A stretch of 64,000 nt of DNA from a virus (lineage: Duplodnaviria > Caudoviricetes), in IMG/VR virus record IMGVR_UViG_3300025671_008697. One strand, given 5' to 3'. This document shows positions 1 to 9,704 of the stretch, one piece after another. The notes beneath the pieces were generated by a model. That model was given only the letters and a program-made list of their open reading frames with translations. It had not been told where the DNA came from and did not search any database. Numbering within the stretch: position 1 is the first letter of the stretch; the number at the start of each line of letters is the position of its first letter. The translations under genes were made by a program, and so were the position numbers.

Positions 1-2
1 AT

Positions 3-359
3 CCAGACTTGCGTAAGTGTTTGAATTTGCTACAGGCAAACAGTACAACAGGTAAACTGGTGCAACCACGTGAAGGCGAAGGTGGCACAGATGATTGGAA
101 ACTTAGTGTTACAGAACTGTTCAAAGCACGTCGTATCAAAGAAGGACGCAAACTGTTGTGTGATCAAGCCAGACCAGAAGAAATGGAAGACGTGTTTCGT
201 TGGATGTATGACAACTTAGATTTGTGGAGCCAGACAGACTCGGGACAAGACGAAGCAATTGTAATCATACGTCGAGGATTAGTTAATCACAGTATGGTAG
301 CAGACCCAGAAATTAATCTAAGTGCAACTATTGTAGAGTTAGCAGGTATCGCAGAATGA
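3..359 (+). CDS. Clamp loader (RFC/gp44-like AAA+) C-terminal part, 5'-truncated by window edge
   Basis: Frame is open from base 3 (PDLRKCLNLLQ, sensor-2-like DLRK); C-terminal DPEINLSATIVEL is typical of clamp-loader small subunits. Confidence 0.7.
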   Translation, partial: PDLRKCLNLLQANSTTGKLVQPREGEGGTDDWKLSVTELFKARRIKEGRKLLCDQARPEEMEDVFRWMYDNLDLWSQTDSGQDEAIVIIRRGLVNHSMVADPEINLSATIVELAGIAE

Positions 360-703
360 CAAATCGAGACATCCATTTAATTGCTTACTATCATCAAAAA
401 CCCAAGGATCCTAAACGTACCAAGGAACCCGGTTACATGACCAACGTGGAAAACATTGCCTACGATGAATCCATAAATATTACAAGAGGTATCAAAACAA
501 GGGATCAACTGCAGGCCAGTGTTATTTTAAATTTGAACAAAGAAACTGTAGTTAAAAACAGTTTCAATAGTGGAGCAGACTATGCCAGTTTACTAGCACA
601 CTATCAAGAAGGTTATCCTAAGTATATTAATCCTTTACTAGCAGAATTATACCCAGAGGTAAAAGACAATGGAAATGTACCAACAGAAAAAGAAGAAGCG
701 TGA
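356..703 (+). CDS. Hypothetical protein
   Basis: 115 aa ORF with ATGA overlap to the upstream gene. Confidence 0.6.
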   Translation: MTNRDIHLIAYYHQKPKDPKRTKEPGYMTNVENIAYDESINITRGIKTRDQLQASVILNLNKETVVKNSFNSGADYASLLAHYQEGYPKYINPLLAELYPEVKDNGNVPTEKEEA

Positions 704-902
704 AGTAGACCCCAATGCTCCTCCACGCCCTACTCTGTTGGGACATGAAAAAGAAATGAAAGTATGGCGCAATCAGTTTGAAAAACTGGCCAGTACTAAC
801 ACAGAACAGGCAATTACAATCGCCACCCTTGAAAGAAAACTAAATCGATTACAAAGTCAGGTTGACGCCATGACTAGTTTTATCAACAGAAAGATTAGAT
901 GA
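669..902 (+). CDS. Hypothetical coiled-coil protein
   Basis: 77 aa, heptad-like C-terminus, coupled to the next gene. Confidence 0.55.
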   Translation: MEMYQQKKKKREVDPNAPPRPTLLGHEKEMKVWRNQFEKLASTNTEQAITIATLERKLNRLQSQVDAMTSFINRKIR

Positions 903-1489
903 GAAAAAAAGTTATACTTACAGATTCGGATGGTGTACTAACTGATTGGGAATATGCTTTCGATATTTGGATGCAGGAGCATGGATTCCGGCGCCAAGAA
1001 GGCAGTGAATTTGAGTACAACATTGGCAAACGCTACGGCATTGACTACGAGCAAGGCAAAAAGTTAATAAAACTTTTTAACGAAAGTGCCAGTATAGGAT
1101 TTCTACCCGCACTACGTGACAGTATGTTTTACGTTAAAAGACTACACGAAGAACACGGATACGTGTTTCACTGTATTACCAGTCTAAGTCTAAATGAAAA
1201 CGCACAAGAACTTAGGAAAATGAATCTAAAAAAACTGTTTGGGAAAACAGCGTTTGCTAAATTTATTATCTTAGATACAGGTGCAGACAAAGACGAAGCA
1301 CTAGAACAGTATCGCGACACTGGATGTTTTTGGATAGAAGATAAAATTACTAATGCAGAAGTTGGAGTTAAACTAGGGTTAAAAAGTCTGCTAGTAGAAC
1401 ACGGTCACAATATGCATCACAATAATCCTGCAATACCTAAAATGAAAAACTGGCGGCAAATCTACGAAAGAATTTTAAGTAGTAGTTAA
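899..1489 (+). CDS. HAD-family 5'(3')-deoxyribonucleotidase-like phosphatase
   Basis: HAD motif I LTDSDGVL, motif II ITSL, motif IV WIEDK. Confidence 0.75.
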   Translation: MRKKVILTDSDGVLTDWEYAFDIWMQEHGFRRQEGSEFEYNIGKRYGIDYEQGKKLIKLFNESASIGFLPALRDSMFYVKRLHEEHGYVFHCITSLSLNENAQELRKMNLKKLFGKTAFAKFIILDTGADKDEALEQYRDTGCFWIEDKITNAEVGVKLGLKSLLVEHGHNMHHNNPAIPKMKNWRQIYERILSSS

Positions 1490-1512
1490 TAAGGGAGCCT
1501 GGCTCCCTTATT
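1488..1512. terminator. Bidirectional intrinsic terminator
   Basis: Inverted repeat aataagggagcc-t-ggctcccttatt between convergent genes, followed by a T-run on the + strand. Confidence 0.8.
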
Positions 1513-1514
1513 TT

Positions 1515-2249
1515 TTATATCTCCTGATAAATTTTTAAGACTTCAATAACCGCAGGGTGACGTTGAATATCTCGGCCTTCCAATTCAACACCAGCCACAT
1601 ATTGGCAATCTCTATAACTTTCTACAAGTGATTTGAAGTCTAATAGACCATTGTCAGGGTCACGCCTATCTGCTTGGCGTGTGTCTCCAGTAACTATCAT
1701 CTTACTGGCTTCACCTAAACGTGTCAGCAACATTTTCATTTGATTGGGAGTTGCATTCTGCATTTCGTCTGCAATGATCCAAGCATTCTTAAATGTGCGT
1801 CCACGCATAAATGCTAGTGGAGATATCTCAATGATTTGTTCATCTAGCATTCTGGTAACTTCTCTTTTGTCGTAGTATTCCATAAGAACATCAAACAACG
1901 GTCTGGTCCAAGGCTCCATTTTTTGATTTAGGTCACCTGGTAAAAACCCATGGCGTTCATCGTCTACTCCCACTGCTGGTCTGGTCAGCACTATCTTTGT
2001 TACCCTCCCGTCTTTTAGTGCCTGTATACCCGCAAGCATGGCCAACATAGTTTTACCCGTACCAGCAGGACCTGTGGCAAACACAATTAGTTTGCTGGGA
2101 TCTGTTAGTAGGTTTACGTATGTTTCTTGATTGAGGGTTTTTGGAAGTAAATCGACTCTGCGTCGCTTGTTGTAGTATGTGTTTAATTGTATAATGTTAT
2201 CTGTATCACGGACTTGCTCCTGATACATTCTTTGCTTACGTTTTGACAA
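1515..2249 (-). CDS. phoH: PhoH-family ATPase
   Basis: GPAGTGKT Walker A, LTRPAV, GFLPG, RGRTF, DEMQN; TTG start preceded by AGGAGG. Confidence 0.95.
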   Translation of the reverse strand: MSKRKQRMYQEQVRDTDNIIQLNTYYNKRRRVDLLPKTLNQETYVNLLTDPSKLIVFATGPAGTGKTMLAMLAGIQALKDGRVTKIVLTRPAVGVDDERHGFLPGDLNQKMEPWTRPLFDVLMEYYDKREVTRMLDEQIIEISPLAFMRGRTFKNAWIIADEMQNATPNQMKMLLTRLGEASKMIVTGDTRQADRRDPDNGLLDFKSLVESYRDCQYVAGVELEGRDIQRHPAVIEVLKIYQEI

Positions 2250-2279
2250 TGTGTCCTCCTGATCGTAAACGTAGTTTTC

Positions 2280-2303
2280 GGTGTTAGCAGACCGGCTAAC
2301 ACC
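2280..2303 (-). promoter_or_regulatory. 9-bp hairpin in the phoH 5' leader
   Basis: ggtgttagc-N6-gctaacacc lies between a TAAATA motif and the phoH SD. Confidence 0.5.
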
Positions 2304-2316
2304 CTGTCTACTAGAA

Positions 2317-2322
2317 TATTTA
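2317..2322 (-). promoter_or_regulatory. Late-type promoter TAAATA for phoH
   Basis: Motif in the intergenic region upstream of phoH; resembles the T4 late TATAAATA core. Confidence 0.45.
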
Positions 2323-2387
2323 AATCTGGTTTACAGGAGGAATATTACACTATAATTCTAAAACTTAAGGCATAAGTATTTGGCTGT

Positions 2388-3122
2388 TTAACGCTTAGTG
2401 TAAACAAAATATAGTCTACTGTTAGCATCTTTCTTAAAAGTATCTAGTGTGAGATTGTACTTTTCGGCAAACTCATTCACCGTTTCAAAATCCCAAAGAA
2501 AGATATCTACATAAGGTCCTGTTTTATGGGGAATCCCTGGATTAGCACGTAAGAAAAACTTACCCCCAGATTTCAACAAATTTACACAGTGACTGAAACG
2601 CTGTTCAATTTCATCTTTTGAATTAAAGTTAATGGAGCCCAATGCTATTATAACATCAAAACTTTCTGGTGCTACACGATATTCTAAGATATCTACTTCG
2701 TAGTCTGCACAATTATTATAGGGGTCTATACCTACCAAATTGTTGATTCGTCCTTTAAAAGGATGGTATCCACAACCTACGTCCAACACTTTACTGGGAT
2801 TGAGTTTGTTAACTTCATCTGCTAATTGCCAACCGGTATATTCAAATTCGTTAGTTCTAGGTTTCCATATTTCACTAAAAAATCTTAGCGTATAACGTTC
2901 ACTTAAGTCTGCAACAATATTTTTTACAGTACCATAATAGTCGCTGTCCAAACTGAGTTCAGATTCCATAGCATTTTTAAATTTACGATAACGGGCAGGA
3001 GTCCACGGCAGTTTGTCGACTTCAGTTTCCCCTCCGATAGCGTCATAAATTTTTTGATACTTGGGTAAATTAAACGCACTCTTTAAATTTTTTTCTAAAA
3101 GAGCAAAAATTTTCGTATTCAT
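2388..3122 (-). CDS. Class I SAM-dependent methyltransferase with N-terminal helical extension
   Basis: VLDVGCG motif I, GIDP motif II, SFDVIIALGS, LKSGG. Confidence 0.8.
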   Translation of the reverse strand: MNTKIFALLEKNLKSAFNLPKYQKIYDAIGGETEVDKLPWTPARYRKFKNAMESELSLDSDYYGTVKNIVADLSERYTLRFFSEIWKPRTNEFEYTGWQLADEVNKLNPSKVLDVGCGYHPFKGRINNLVGIDPYNNCADYEVDILEYRVAPESFDVIIALGSINFNSKDEIEQRFSHCVNLLKSGGKFFLRANPGIPHKTGPYVDIFLWDFETVNEFAEKYNLTLDTFKKDANSRLYFVYTKR

Positions 3123-3205
3123 ATAAAATTTTTTACTTTCGACTAAATAAATTTGTCAATCAATAATTTTTTGACTAAGTAACTTTAATTATCAATAAAT
3201 TCTGT

Positions 3206-3847
3206 ATGAAATATATTTTTGTGGCAGGTGCACCAGGATCAAAATGGAGTAGTGTAGTTAAAAACATCTACTATAGTGCCAGCATTGACCGCACAGATTA
3301 TACTGAGGCTCGTACATACCATCACGATGCTTCAGGGACTATGCAGTTAATGCACTTGGGTGCTTATTTTGATCCAGGCATGGAATTTGGTGATTTTTTC
3401 GATAAAATGGACCAGTACAGTCGAGAGGACTTAGAACTAGAGTTTGACCGTCCTTTCTCGGGCAAGGGTGTACGTATTATTAAAAGTCATGTTTTTGCAC
3501 ATCATATCGATTTTATTCAACGTACTTGGCCCGACTGTCCCATTGTACTTGTACACAGGCCCAACGACAGTTGTTTAGGCTGGTGGACGATGTGTGGAGA
3601 ATTTGCAATTACCTATCCAGACTATAGCAGTTATTACAAAAACCTAAAACACATGACAACACAAATACGTGCTCAAAATCAGGATATTATTAAAGCAATG
3701 GAAGACCGGCCGGGATTTTTTTCTTACGATAATAGAACTGCTTGTTTAAACTTGCACATCGAGCAGCCTCCAGAAGAATACAGACAGGATTATTCTCAAG
3801 ACGATATTAAAGTTAAAATTCTATCTTTTACAAAGGAAATAAAATGA
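3206..3847 (+). CDS. Sulfotransferase-like P-loop protein
   Basis: N-terminal FVAGAPGSKWS, IIKSH, IVLVHRP resemble sulfotransferase PAPS-binding motifs. Confidence 0.45.
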   Translation: MKYIFVAGAPGSKWSSVVKNIYYSASIDRTDYTEARTYHHDASGTMQLMHLGAYFDPGMEFGDFFDKMDQYSREDLELEFDRPFSGKGVRIIKSHVFAHHIDFIQRTWPDCPIVLVHRPNDSCLGWWTMCGEFAITYPDYSSYYKNLKHMTTQIRAQNQDIIKAMEDRPGFFSYDNRTACLNLHIEQPPEEYRQDYSQDDIKVKILSFTKEIK

Positions 3848-4899
3848 AGCGACTACTAGCAATGTTAGCATTGGTGATTGGCACACAAGCCCATGCAGAC
3901 TATACTTTAATTGTGCCACAAGGTCCCGGATTGGGTACTGCTGTTTGGGCTGGCATTATAGCACAGAATCTCAGCAAATACACAGACGAACCTGTTGTTG
4001 TAAGACATATTCCCGGAGCACGTGATATTCCTGGATACAATGAATTTCACAACAAACTAAGATTCGACGACAAAACTATTATGGTGGCCCACGGCGGCAA
4101 CGGTGTTAGTTTTTTGTTGGATCGGGTAGACTACGATTACAGACAGTACGATGCCATTGGCATGATGAACTTGGATATTGTGGTAGGAAAACGTGTGGGC
4201 ACAGATCCCAAAAAGGACACATTTAAAGTAGCAGGCGGTTCTGGACTAGAACCCGACGGTATGGCCATGGCCATGATGGTTTGTGGACCACAAAAAGATG
4301 GTAGTATTTCTGCTTATCTTGACTGCTGGAAAAAACGTGTAGTATGGGTCAACGGTGTTAAAGGTGCAGAAAAGCGTTTGGGATTTTTACGTGGCGAACT
4401 AAACATTACTCGTGAAAGTCCTCCTGCTTGGATTAAGTTCTGGACTGACAAGGCTAAAAATAACGAAGTATGGTTTACACATGGCACTTACGACTTAGCC
4501 AATAAACGTCAAGTTGCTGACGCAAACTTTCCAAATACACAGTTCGAAGATGTATATCAGAAATTATGGGGTCAAGCACCTAGTGGTGAATTGTATGAAG
4601 CATATCGTCTGACTCGTAACTGGCGTGATGTTATTCAAAAATCACTATGGGTTAATAAGGGTAATCCCAATACAGAAAAACTTCGTGCGGCACTACGTAA
4701 GATGTTAGCAGATCCCGAAGCAGTTCGTGCCATTGAACAACGTACAGGACGTTATGGTTGGATTGTGGGTGACGATGGTAATGCAGTTATTGGTGAACTC
4801 AGCAAGTTAATCACAGAGCCAGCACTTAAAGGTGCAGTACGTTGGAATCAAGAAGCCTACGGTTTCCCCAGTGTTTACAAACCTGAATTAGTCAAGTGA
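3844..4899 (+). CDS. Tripartite tricarboxylate transporter substrate-binding protein (TctC/Bug-like, divergent)
   Basis: Signal peptide, LIVPQGPG and VVVRHIPGA N-terminal motifs, adjacent to a TctA-like gene. Confidence 0.7.
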   Translation: MKRLLAMLALVIGTQAHADYTLIVPQGPGLGTAVWAGIIAQNLSKYTDEPVVVRHIPGARDIPGYNEFHNKLRFDDKTIMVAHGGNGVSFLLDRVDYDYRQYDAIGMMNLDIVVGKRVGTDPKKDTFKVAGGSGLEPDGMAMAMMVCGPQKDGSISAYLDCWKKRVVWVNGVKGAEKRLGFLRGELNITRESPPAWIKFWTDKAKNNEVWFTHGTYDLANKRQVADANFPNTQFEDVYQKLWGQAPSGELYEAYRLTRNWRDVIQKSLWVNKGNPNTEKLRAALRKMLADPEAVRAIEQRTGRYGWIVGDDGNAVIGELSKLITEPALKGAVRWNQEAYGFPSVYKPELVK

Positions 4900-6338
4900 T
4901 CGCTTACTTACTTTGGATTTTAGCAGGCAGTTTATACGGTCTGCTGATAGGAGTGATACCAATTGCAGGAGTAACTACTGCGTTAATCACTGTGTTTGGT
5001 TTCGCTCCTTATTTCCTTAGTGACCCTTATGCTGGTATCGTGTTTCTTACCAGCATTATTGCTGCCTGCGCGGCTGCGGACAGTTATACCAGCATACTGA
5101 CAGGCATACCCGGGGCGTCAACCACTGCAGCCTGTGTTATAGATGGATACCCTATGACACAACAGGGCCAAGCAGGTCGTGCAATGGGCATTGCTATCTT
5201 CGACAGTACTGTCAACGGTGTGTTATACGGCACACTGGCATTTTTGTTGCTGCCATACTACGGACAAATTATTCTATGGTTTGGCATGCCTGAGTTTGCA
5301 GGCTTTATGTTAATGAGTCTTGCCTGTGTAGGATTTGTTGCCAGCAAAAATCCCTTTAAAAGTTTAATTGCAATTGCACTTGGATTATTCGTTGGTGTTA
5401 TAGGACAGGATCCTGCCACAGGTGCTTACCGTTTTACTTTTGGCTGGGAGTACTTAGGTGCAGGTGTACAAATGATTGCACTGATATCTGGCTTGTTTGG
5501 CATTCCAGAACTACTATGGGGGTTGAAAAATAGACATAAGCGTCCTCCAGTATTTGACCAGTACTGGCATCAATTACGTCAAGGTGTGCGTGACTGTATA
5601 GAATATAGACGTGACATGATGCGTGGTGGTGTAATAGGATTTGTCACAGGCTTACTGCCAGGTGTAGGTGGTGCAATAGGAGACTTTTTAGCCTATGGTT
5701 CCACAGTGGCGCGGCATCCAGATAAAAAGTTTGGTGAAGGCAATCCATTAGGCTTATTAGGATGCGAAGGTGCTAACAGTGCTCAAAAAGTGTCAAGTAT
5801 GTTGCCCACAGTGTTGTTTGGGATACCAGCCGCGCCTTTTGCTGCTATCATGATGGCACTGTGTATCTACTTTGGCATTGAACTGGGTACACCCATGTTA
5901 ATTTACGACACAGACTTTGTACTAAGCCTTGCTGCAGGATTTGTGGGCGGCAGTATTGTAGTAGGCATAGTCAGCGTAGTGTTCATGCGTTACATTGTAA
6001 AAATATTGGAAATACCCTATTGGATATATGCTACTATTATTTTAGCAGTTATTGTGTGGGCAAACTTTCAATACACACAGGGTTGGCAGGACATGGCCAT
6101 GCTGACATTATGTGGTACGTTAGGTATTGCGTGTAAATATTATGATATCAGCAGACCGGCATTGTTAGTAACTTATGTGGTAGCCGAACGTTTAGAAGGT
6201 TACATCTTACAGACCAATCAACTGTACACATGGGACCAATTGGTCACACGACCTTTGTTTGTGTTGACTGTGGCAGTGGCTGCATGGATTGTGTATAGAA
6301 GCATAAGAAATAAAAACCGAGGATTAAATTATGTCTAA
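4896..6338 (+). CDS. tctA: Tripartite tricarboxylate transporter large permease TctA-like
   Basis: About 12 hydrophobic segments; GIPGASTTAA, DGYPM, GLLPGVGG, EGANSA, GIPAAP signatures. Confidence 0.85.
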   Translation: MIAYLLWILAGSLYGLLIGVIPIAGVTTALITVFGFAPYFLSDPYAGIVFLTSIIAACAAADSYTSILTGIPGASTTAACVIDGYPMTQQGQAGRAMGIAIFDSTVNGVLYGTLAFLLLPYYGQIILWFGMPEFAGFMLMSLACVGFVASKNPFKSLIAIALGLFVGVIGQDPATGAYRFTFGWEYLGAGVQMIALISGLFGIPELLWGLKNRHKRPPVFDQYWHQLRQGVRDCIEYRRDMMRGGVIGFVTGLLPGVGGAIGDFLAYGSTVARHPDKKFGEGNPLGLLGCEGANSAQKVSSMLPTVLFGIPAAPFAAIMMALCIYFGIELGTPMLIYDTDFVLSLAAGFVGGSIVVGIVSVVFMRYIVKILEIPYWIYATIILAVIVWANFQYTQGWQDMAMLTLCGTLGIACKYYDISRPALLVTYVVAERLEGYILQTNQLYTWDQLVTRPLFVLTVAVAAWIVYRSIRNKNRGLNYV

Positions 6339-7014
6339 GAGTAATTGGGAAATTACTAAGCAAAGAAGTCAGTATCATTTTAACACTATGATCAATGATC
6401 CAAAATACGATACTGTAGTTAAACTTGGAAGAATCAAACCCACATGGACTGCAGAGTTGGAGCAGGCTATTGCAGATGCATACCCAGTTACTTGGCGTAC
6501 TCGTGGCAGACCCAACGACACACTGGTCAGAGCAAGTGAAGAATACGATCAAGAAGAGTACGACTTAGAATCGTACGGCATGAGCAAAGACTATGTTGTA
6601 ACAGACATGAACTATTCTGTAAGTGCTATATATCAACGTATAGCAGACCAGTTTGCTTTAGACTTACCAATGACGAGAGTGCATGTACAACGCCCCGGAC
6701 AAGTTTGGAACTTGCACTTGGACAAGTTAGAAAAGTGGATGCCTGAAGATCCCGCACAAGTTGTTAGATACTTTGTACAGTTGACTGATTGGCAAATGGG
6801 CCATTTTTGGAACTACGGAAACTATCAGTACGCAGGATGGCGTGCGGGTGATGTTACCACATTTGATTGGTTAAACGTGCCTCACAGCACTGCCAATGCC
6901 GGGCATACGCCCAGAGTTACACTACAAGTTACCGGAGTAAAAACCAAAGAGACTGATTTTTTTCTCGCTAAATTACAGTATAATCATCAAGTTGAAATCA
7001 ATGAACAAAGTTGA
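6331..7014 (+). CDS. 2OG-Fe(II)/cupin-fold oxygenase-like protein
   Basis: WNLHLD (HxD) and distal PHSTANAG..R motifs. Confidence 0.6.
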   Translation: MSKSNWEITKQRSQYHFNTMINDPKYDTVVKLGRIKPTWTAELEQAIADAYPVTWRTRGRPNDTLVRASEEYDQEEYDLESYGMSKDYVVTDMNYSVSAIYQRIADQFALDLPMTRVHVQRPGQVWNLHLDKLEKWMPEDPAQVVRYFVQLTDWQMGHFWNYGNYQYAGWRAGDVTTFDWLNVPHSTANAGHTPRVTLQVTGVKTKETDFFLAKLQYNHQVEINEQS

Positions 7015-7618
7015 ACCGGGGCACAAATATTTTGATTGGGGTTATTCAGATTCTGAACTTTATGCACTGTATTCTCCTATATTAGATAAAATTATGTTTT
7101 TGTGCAATGATTTAGAACATACTATTTCATTGGGTTTACTTATTTCTTCTAAGATGCATTTATTTCCTATTAGAATAGATCAATCACACAACTATTCAAA
7201 AGAATTAATTGACAATTCTTGTTGTTACTACAGAACATTCTCTGACTTAAAAAATATCAAAAAAATAAACTATCCTTACTTTAGAATTTTTGCAAGAGAT
7301 ATTGTAAGTTACAAAAATAAAATTACCGAATCTAAAGAAAAAATAGATGAATCTGTTACCACTATAAGAAATTTTTTATTTTTAAGCAATTGGACCCTTC
7401 ACCAATTTGGCAATGTAGATTTATGCTTAAAATATTCTCAAGAACTTTTGCCAATTTTACCTAATGGAATATTTGAGACATATTACAATCAAAAAAAGAA
7501 ATGCCTGGAACAGATTTATCTCGGTGAAAACTTCGAAGTAGCAAGTGATTTTATAGAAACTCATATTAAAAATAATATAATACAATATGGCCCGAATAAT
7601 ATATTTTCCTTGGAATAA
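6992..7618 (+). CDS. Hypothetical protein (AT-rich)
   Basis: 208 aa ORF, no recognisable motif. Confidence 0.5.
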   Translation: MKSMNKVEPGHKYFDWGYSDSELYALYSPILDKIMFLCNDLEHTISLGLLISSKMHLFPIRIDQSHNYSKELIDNSCCYYRTFSDLKNIKKINYPYFRIFARDIVSYKNKITESKEKIDESVTTIRNFLFLSNWTLHQFGNVDLCLKYSQELLPILPNGIFETYYNQKKKCLEQIYLGENFEVASDFIETHIKNNIIQYGPNNIFSLE

Positions 7619-8711
7619 TTTTAGATTTACTAGTAGTAGTACCAAGTCTAGATATCAAAATTATTTTAATTTTGACTTCGGGTTATGGGGTATTCCGGAC
7701 GGTGTAAGCAAAGCAAGGTATGGAAAAGATTCATCTGAACTTTTAATCCATACCGCTTCAATAATTTCAGATGGACCGTTATTGGGAGAAGAAACAGAAA
7801 ACTTTGAAACAGTTACTGATAAGAGAAGTGTCGATATTTTAGAAACAGTAAACAAAAAAAATAAAAAATTAGCAATTTTTTGGAGTGGAGGAATAGACAG
7901 TTCTGTTATGATTTCTTCAATTTTAAAAAATTGGTCTACTCATGATCAAAAAAACGTAGTTGTTTTTCTAAATGACTACAGTCTTGTAGAAAACCCTATA
8001 TTCTTCCATAAAGTTATTAAGAAAAAGTTGAAGTATCAACTTTTTAATAATTTAAAGTCTTTTCCTAAGTTAAACAATTATATTGTAACAGACGGAGAAC
8101 TAGCAGACAAGCTTTGGATTCCGCAAATGGCTATAAACTATTCGTATATCTATGGAGATAATTCTGCCCAGAATCTGTGGAGCAACGAAAAAGATAATTT
8201 TATCGATTTTCTAACGACTAATTACTTGAAAGATTCTGCAACAAAAATTATAGAAAGAATAGAATATAATATCCAATCTTTAAATTTTGAAAAATTATCT
8301 TTAAAAGACATTTTAGGTTGGATAAACTTTAATTTTTTCTGGCAGCAAATTTATTTGTCTAGATATCAGTTATTGACTGATCCTTCACCCGAATCTTTTA
8401 AAGAATATAAAGAAAATTACATTCCATGGTACTGTAGCAATGATTATCAGAAATGGGCTTGGGCACCATCAACTAGAGCAATGATTAATCAAAGCGGCTT
8501 AAAAAAATACAAGGACACTGCTAAAAAATACATACATGGTATTGTTAAAGATAAAATATTCGAATACAAAACTAAAGTCCCATCAAAATTAAGTTCTACC
8601 AATTTTTATTCCGAAAATATAATTTTTGAAGATGGCTCAGTAATTAAAACAAACAGTGATAATTACGAAGAATTATTTTATCAGCACTTATTAGAAAGAA
8701 AAAATGCATAA
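7587..8711 (+). CDS. PP-loop (SGGxDS) adenine-nucleotide alpha-hydrolase-like protein
   Basis: AIFWSGGIDSS motif; VTDGELADKLW resembles the asparagine synthase-like GxxAD motif. Confidence 0.55.
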   Translation: MARIIYFPWNNFRFTSSSTKSRYQNYFNFDFGLWGIPDGVSKARYGKDSSELLIHTASIISDGPLLGEETENFETVTDKRSVDILETVNKKNKKLAIFWSGGIDSSVMISSILKNWSTHDQKNVVVFLNDYSLVENPIFFHKVIKKKLKYQLFNNLKSFPKLNNYIVTDGELADKLWIPQMAINYSYIYGDNSAQNLWSNEKDNFIDFLTTNYLKDSATKIIERIEYNIQSLNFEKLSLKDILGWINFNFFWQQIYLSRYQLLTDPSPESFKEYKENYIPWYCSNDYQKWAWAPSTRAMINQSGLKKYKDTAKKYIHGIVKDKIFEYKTKVPSKLSSTNFYSENIIFEDGSVIKTNSDNYEELFYQHLLERKNA

Positions 8712-9144
8712 ACCAATTAAAATATTAATCATGGGTTTGCCTGGAAGCGGCAAGACTACCTTAGCAAAGCCTTTTGCAGAATTATTAGGCGCAGTACATT
8801 TAAATGCGGATGCTATCAGAACAGAATATGATGACTGGGATTTTTCGCCCGAAGGTAGAATTAGGCAGGCCATGCGTATGCGTTATCTGGCGGATGGAGT
8901 AGTGAAAGCAGGTAAGATAGCAGTAGCAGATTTTGTATGCCCTACAGAAAAATCTAGACTGGAATTTGGCCCCGACTTTACTGTGTGGATGGATACTATT
9001 AAAGAAGGAAGATTTGAAGACACAAATCGCATGTTTGAGCCTCCAGCAAATTATAATTATCATGTTGCTGAATGGTTTGATGATACGGATGAACAACTCG
9101 TACAAGTTATATCAGAATATATGAAGAGAAACAATAATGTTTGA
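8704..9144 (+). CDS. Adenylylsulfate kinase-like P-loop kinase
   Basis: GLPGSGKT, LNADAIR, DFSPEGRIRQ, ADFVCP. Confidence 0.7.
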   Translation: MHKPIKILIMGLPGSGKTTLAKPFAELLGAVHLNADAIRTEYDDWDFSPEGRIRQAMRMRYLADGVVKAGKIAVADFVCPTEKSRLEFGPDFTVWMDTIKEGRFEDTNRMFEPPANYNYHVAEWFDDTDEQLVQVISEYMKRNNNV

Positions 9145-9547
9145 TTGGAAAAAACCAACTACACAGATGTTAGGTAGGTGGCAACCGTGGCATGATGGCC
9201 ACACTGCCCTATTTAAAAAAGCACTAATGGAAACAGGCCAAGTCTGTATTATGATTCGGGACGTTGGTGGTATAGTAGGCGAAGATGCAGGCGGCGGACG
9301 TACAGTTGCACAAGACGATAATCCATTTGATTTTGAAACTGTTAAAAATAATATTATTGAAGGTTTAGGAAAAGAAGGATTTGTTTACAACAAAGATTAT
9401 ATTATTATGCTTGTTCCTAATATTGTTGATATTAGTTATGGTCGTGGGGTTGGATACACGTTCACCCAACATGATTTGGGTGAGGAAATTCACGCAATTA
9501 GTGCAACACAGATTAGAAAAAAATTAAGAGAAGGAGGCAAAATCTAA
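9137..9547 (+). CDS. HxGH nucleotidyltransferase (cytidyltransferase-like superfamily)
   Basis: GRWQPWHDGH and C-terminal ISATQIR. Confidence 0.75.
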   Translation: MFDWKKPTTQMLGRWQPWHDGHTALFKKALMETGQVCIMIRDVGGIVGEDAGGGRTVAQDDNPFDFETVKNNIIEGLGKEGFVYNKDYIIMLVPNIVDISYGRGVGYTFTQHDLGEEIHAISATQIRKKLREGGKI

Positions 9548-9696
9548 TGTTACTTCCTGACTTATGTGTCAACAGTAAAAAATTTTTTAACTCTGATTAC
9601 TGCGGCATAGATTCTTATAAGGAATGTCAGGATAAAGAGCACTTTAAGAACTTTCTGTACATTGTAAATTGCAACATAATTATCAGGTGGAAATAA
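9547..9696 (+). pseudogene. 49-aa ORF, possibly a truncated gene remnant
   Basis: ATG overlaps the previous TAA; MLLPDLCVNSKKFFNSDYCGIDSYKECQDKEHF... ends 8 nt before a convergent AT-rich gene; below the ORF track length cutoff. Confidence 0.3.
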
Positions 9697-9704
9697 AGTA
9701 AGTC

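Noticed and set aside
2330-2378. Plus-strand TATAAT (2351-2356), AGGAGG and TAAGTA pointing antisense into the methyltransferase
   Set aside because: The -35 spacing is poor and no downstream ORF uses the AGGAGG; could be chance in an AT-rich spacer.
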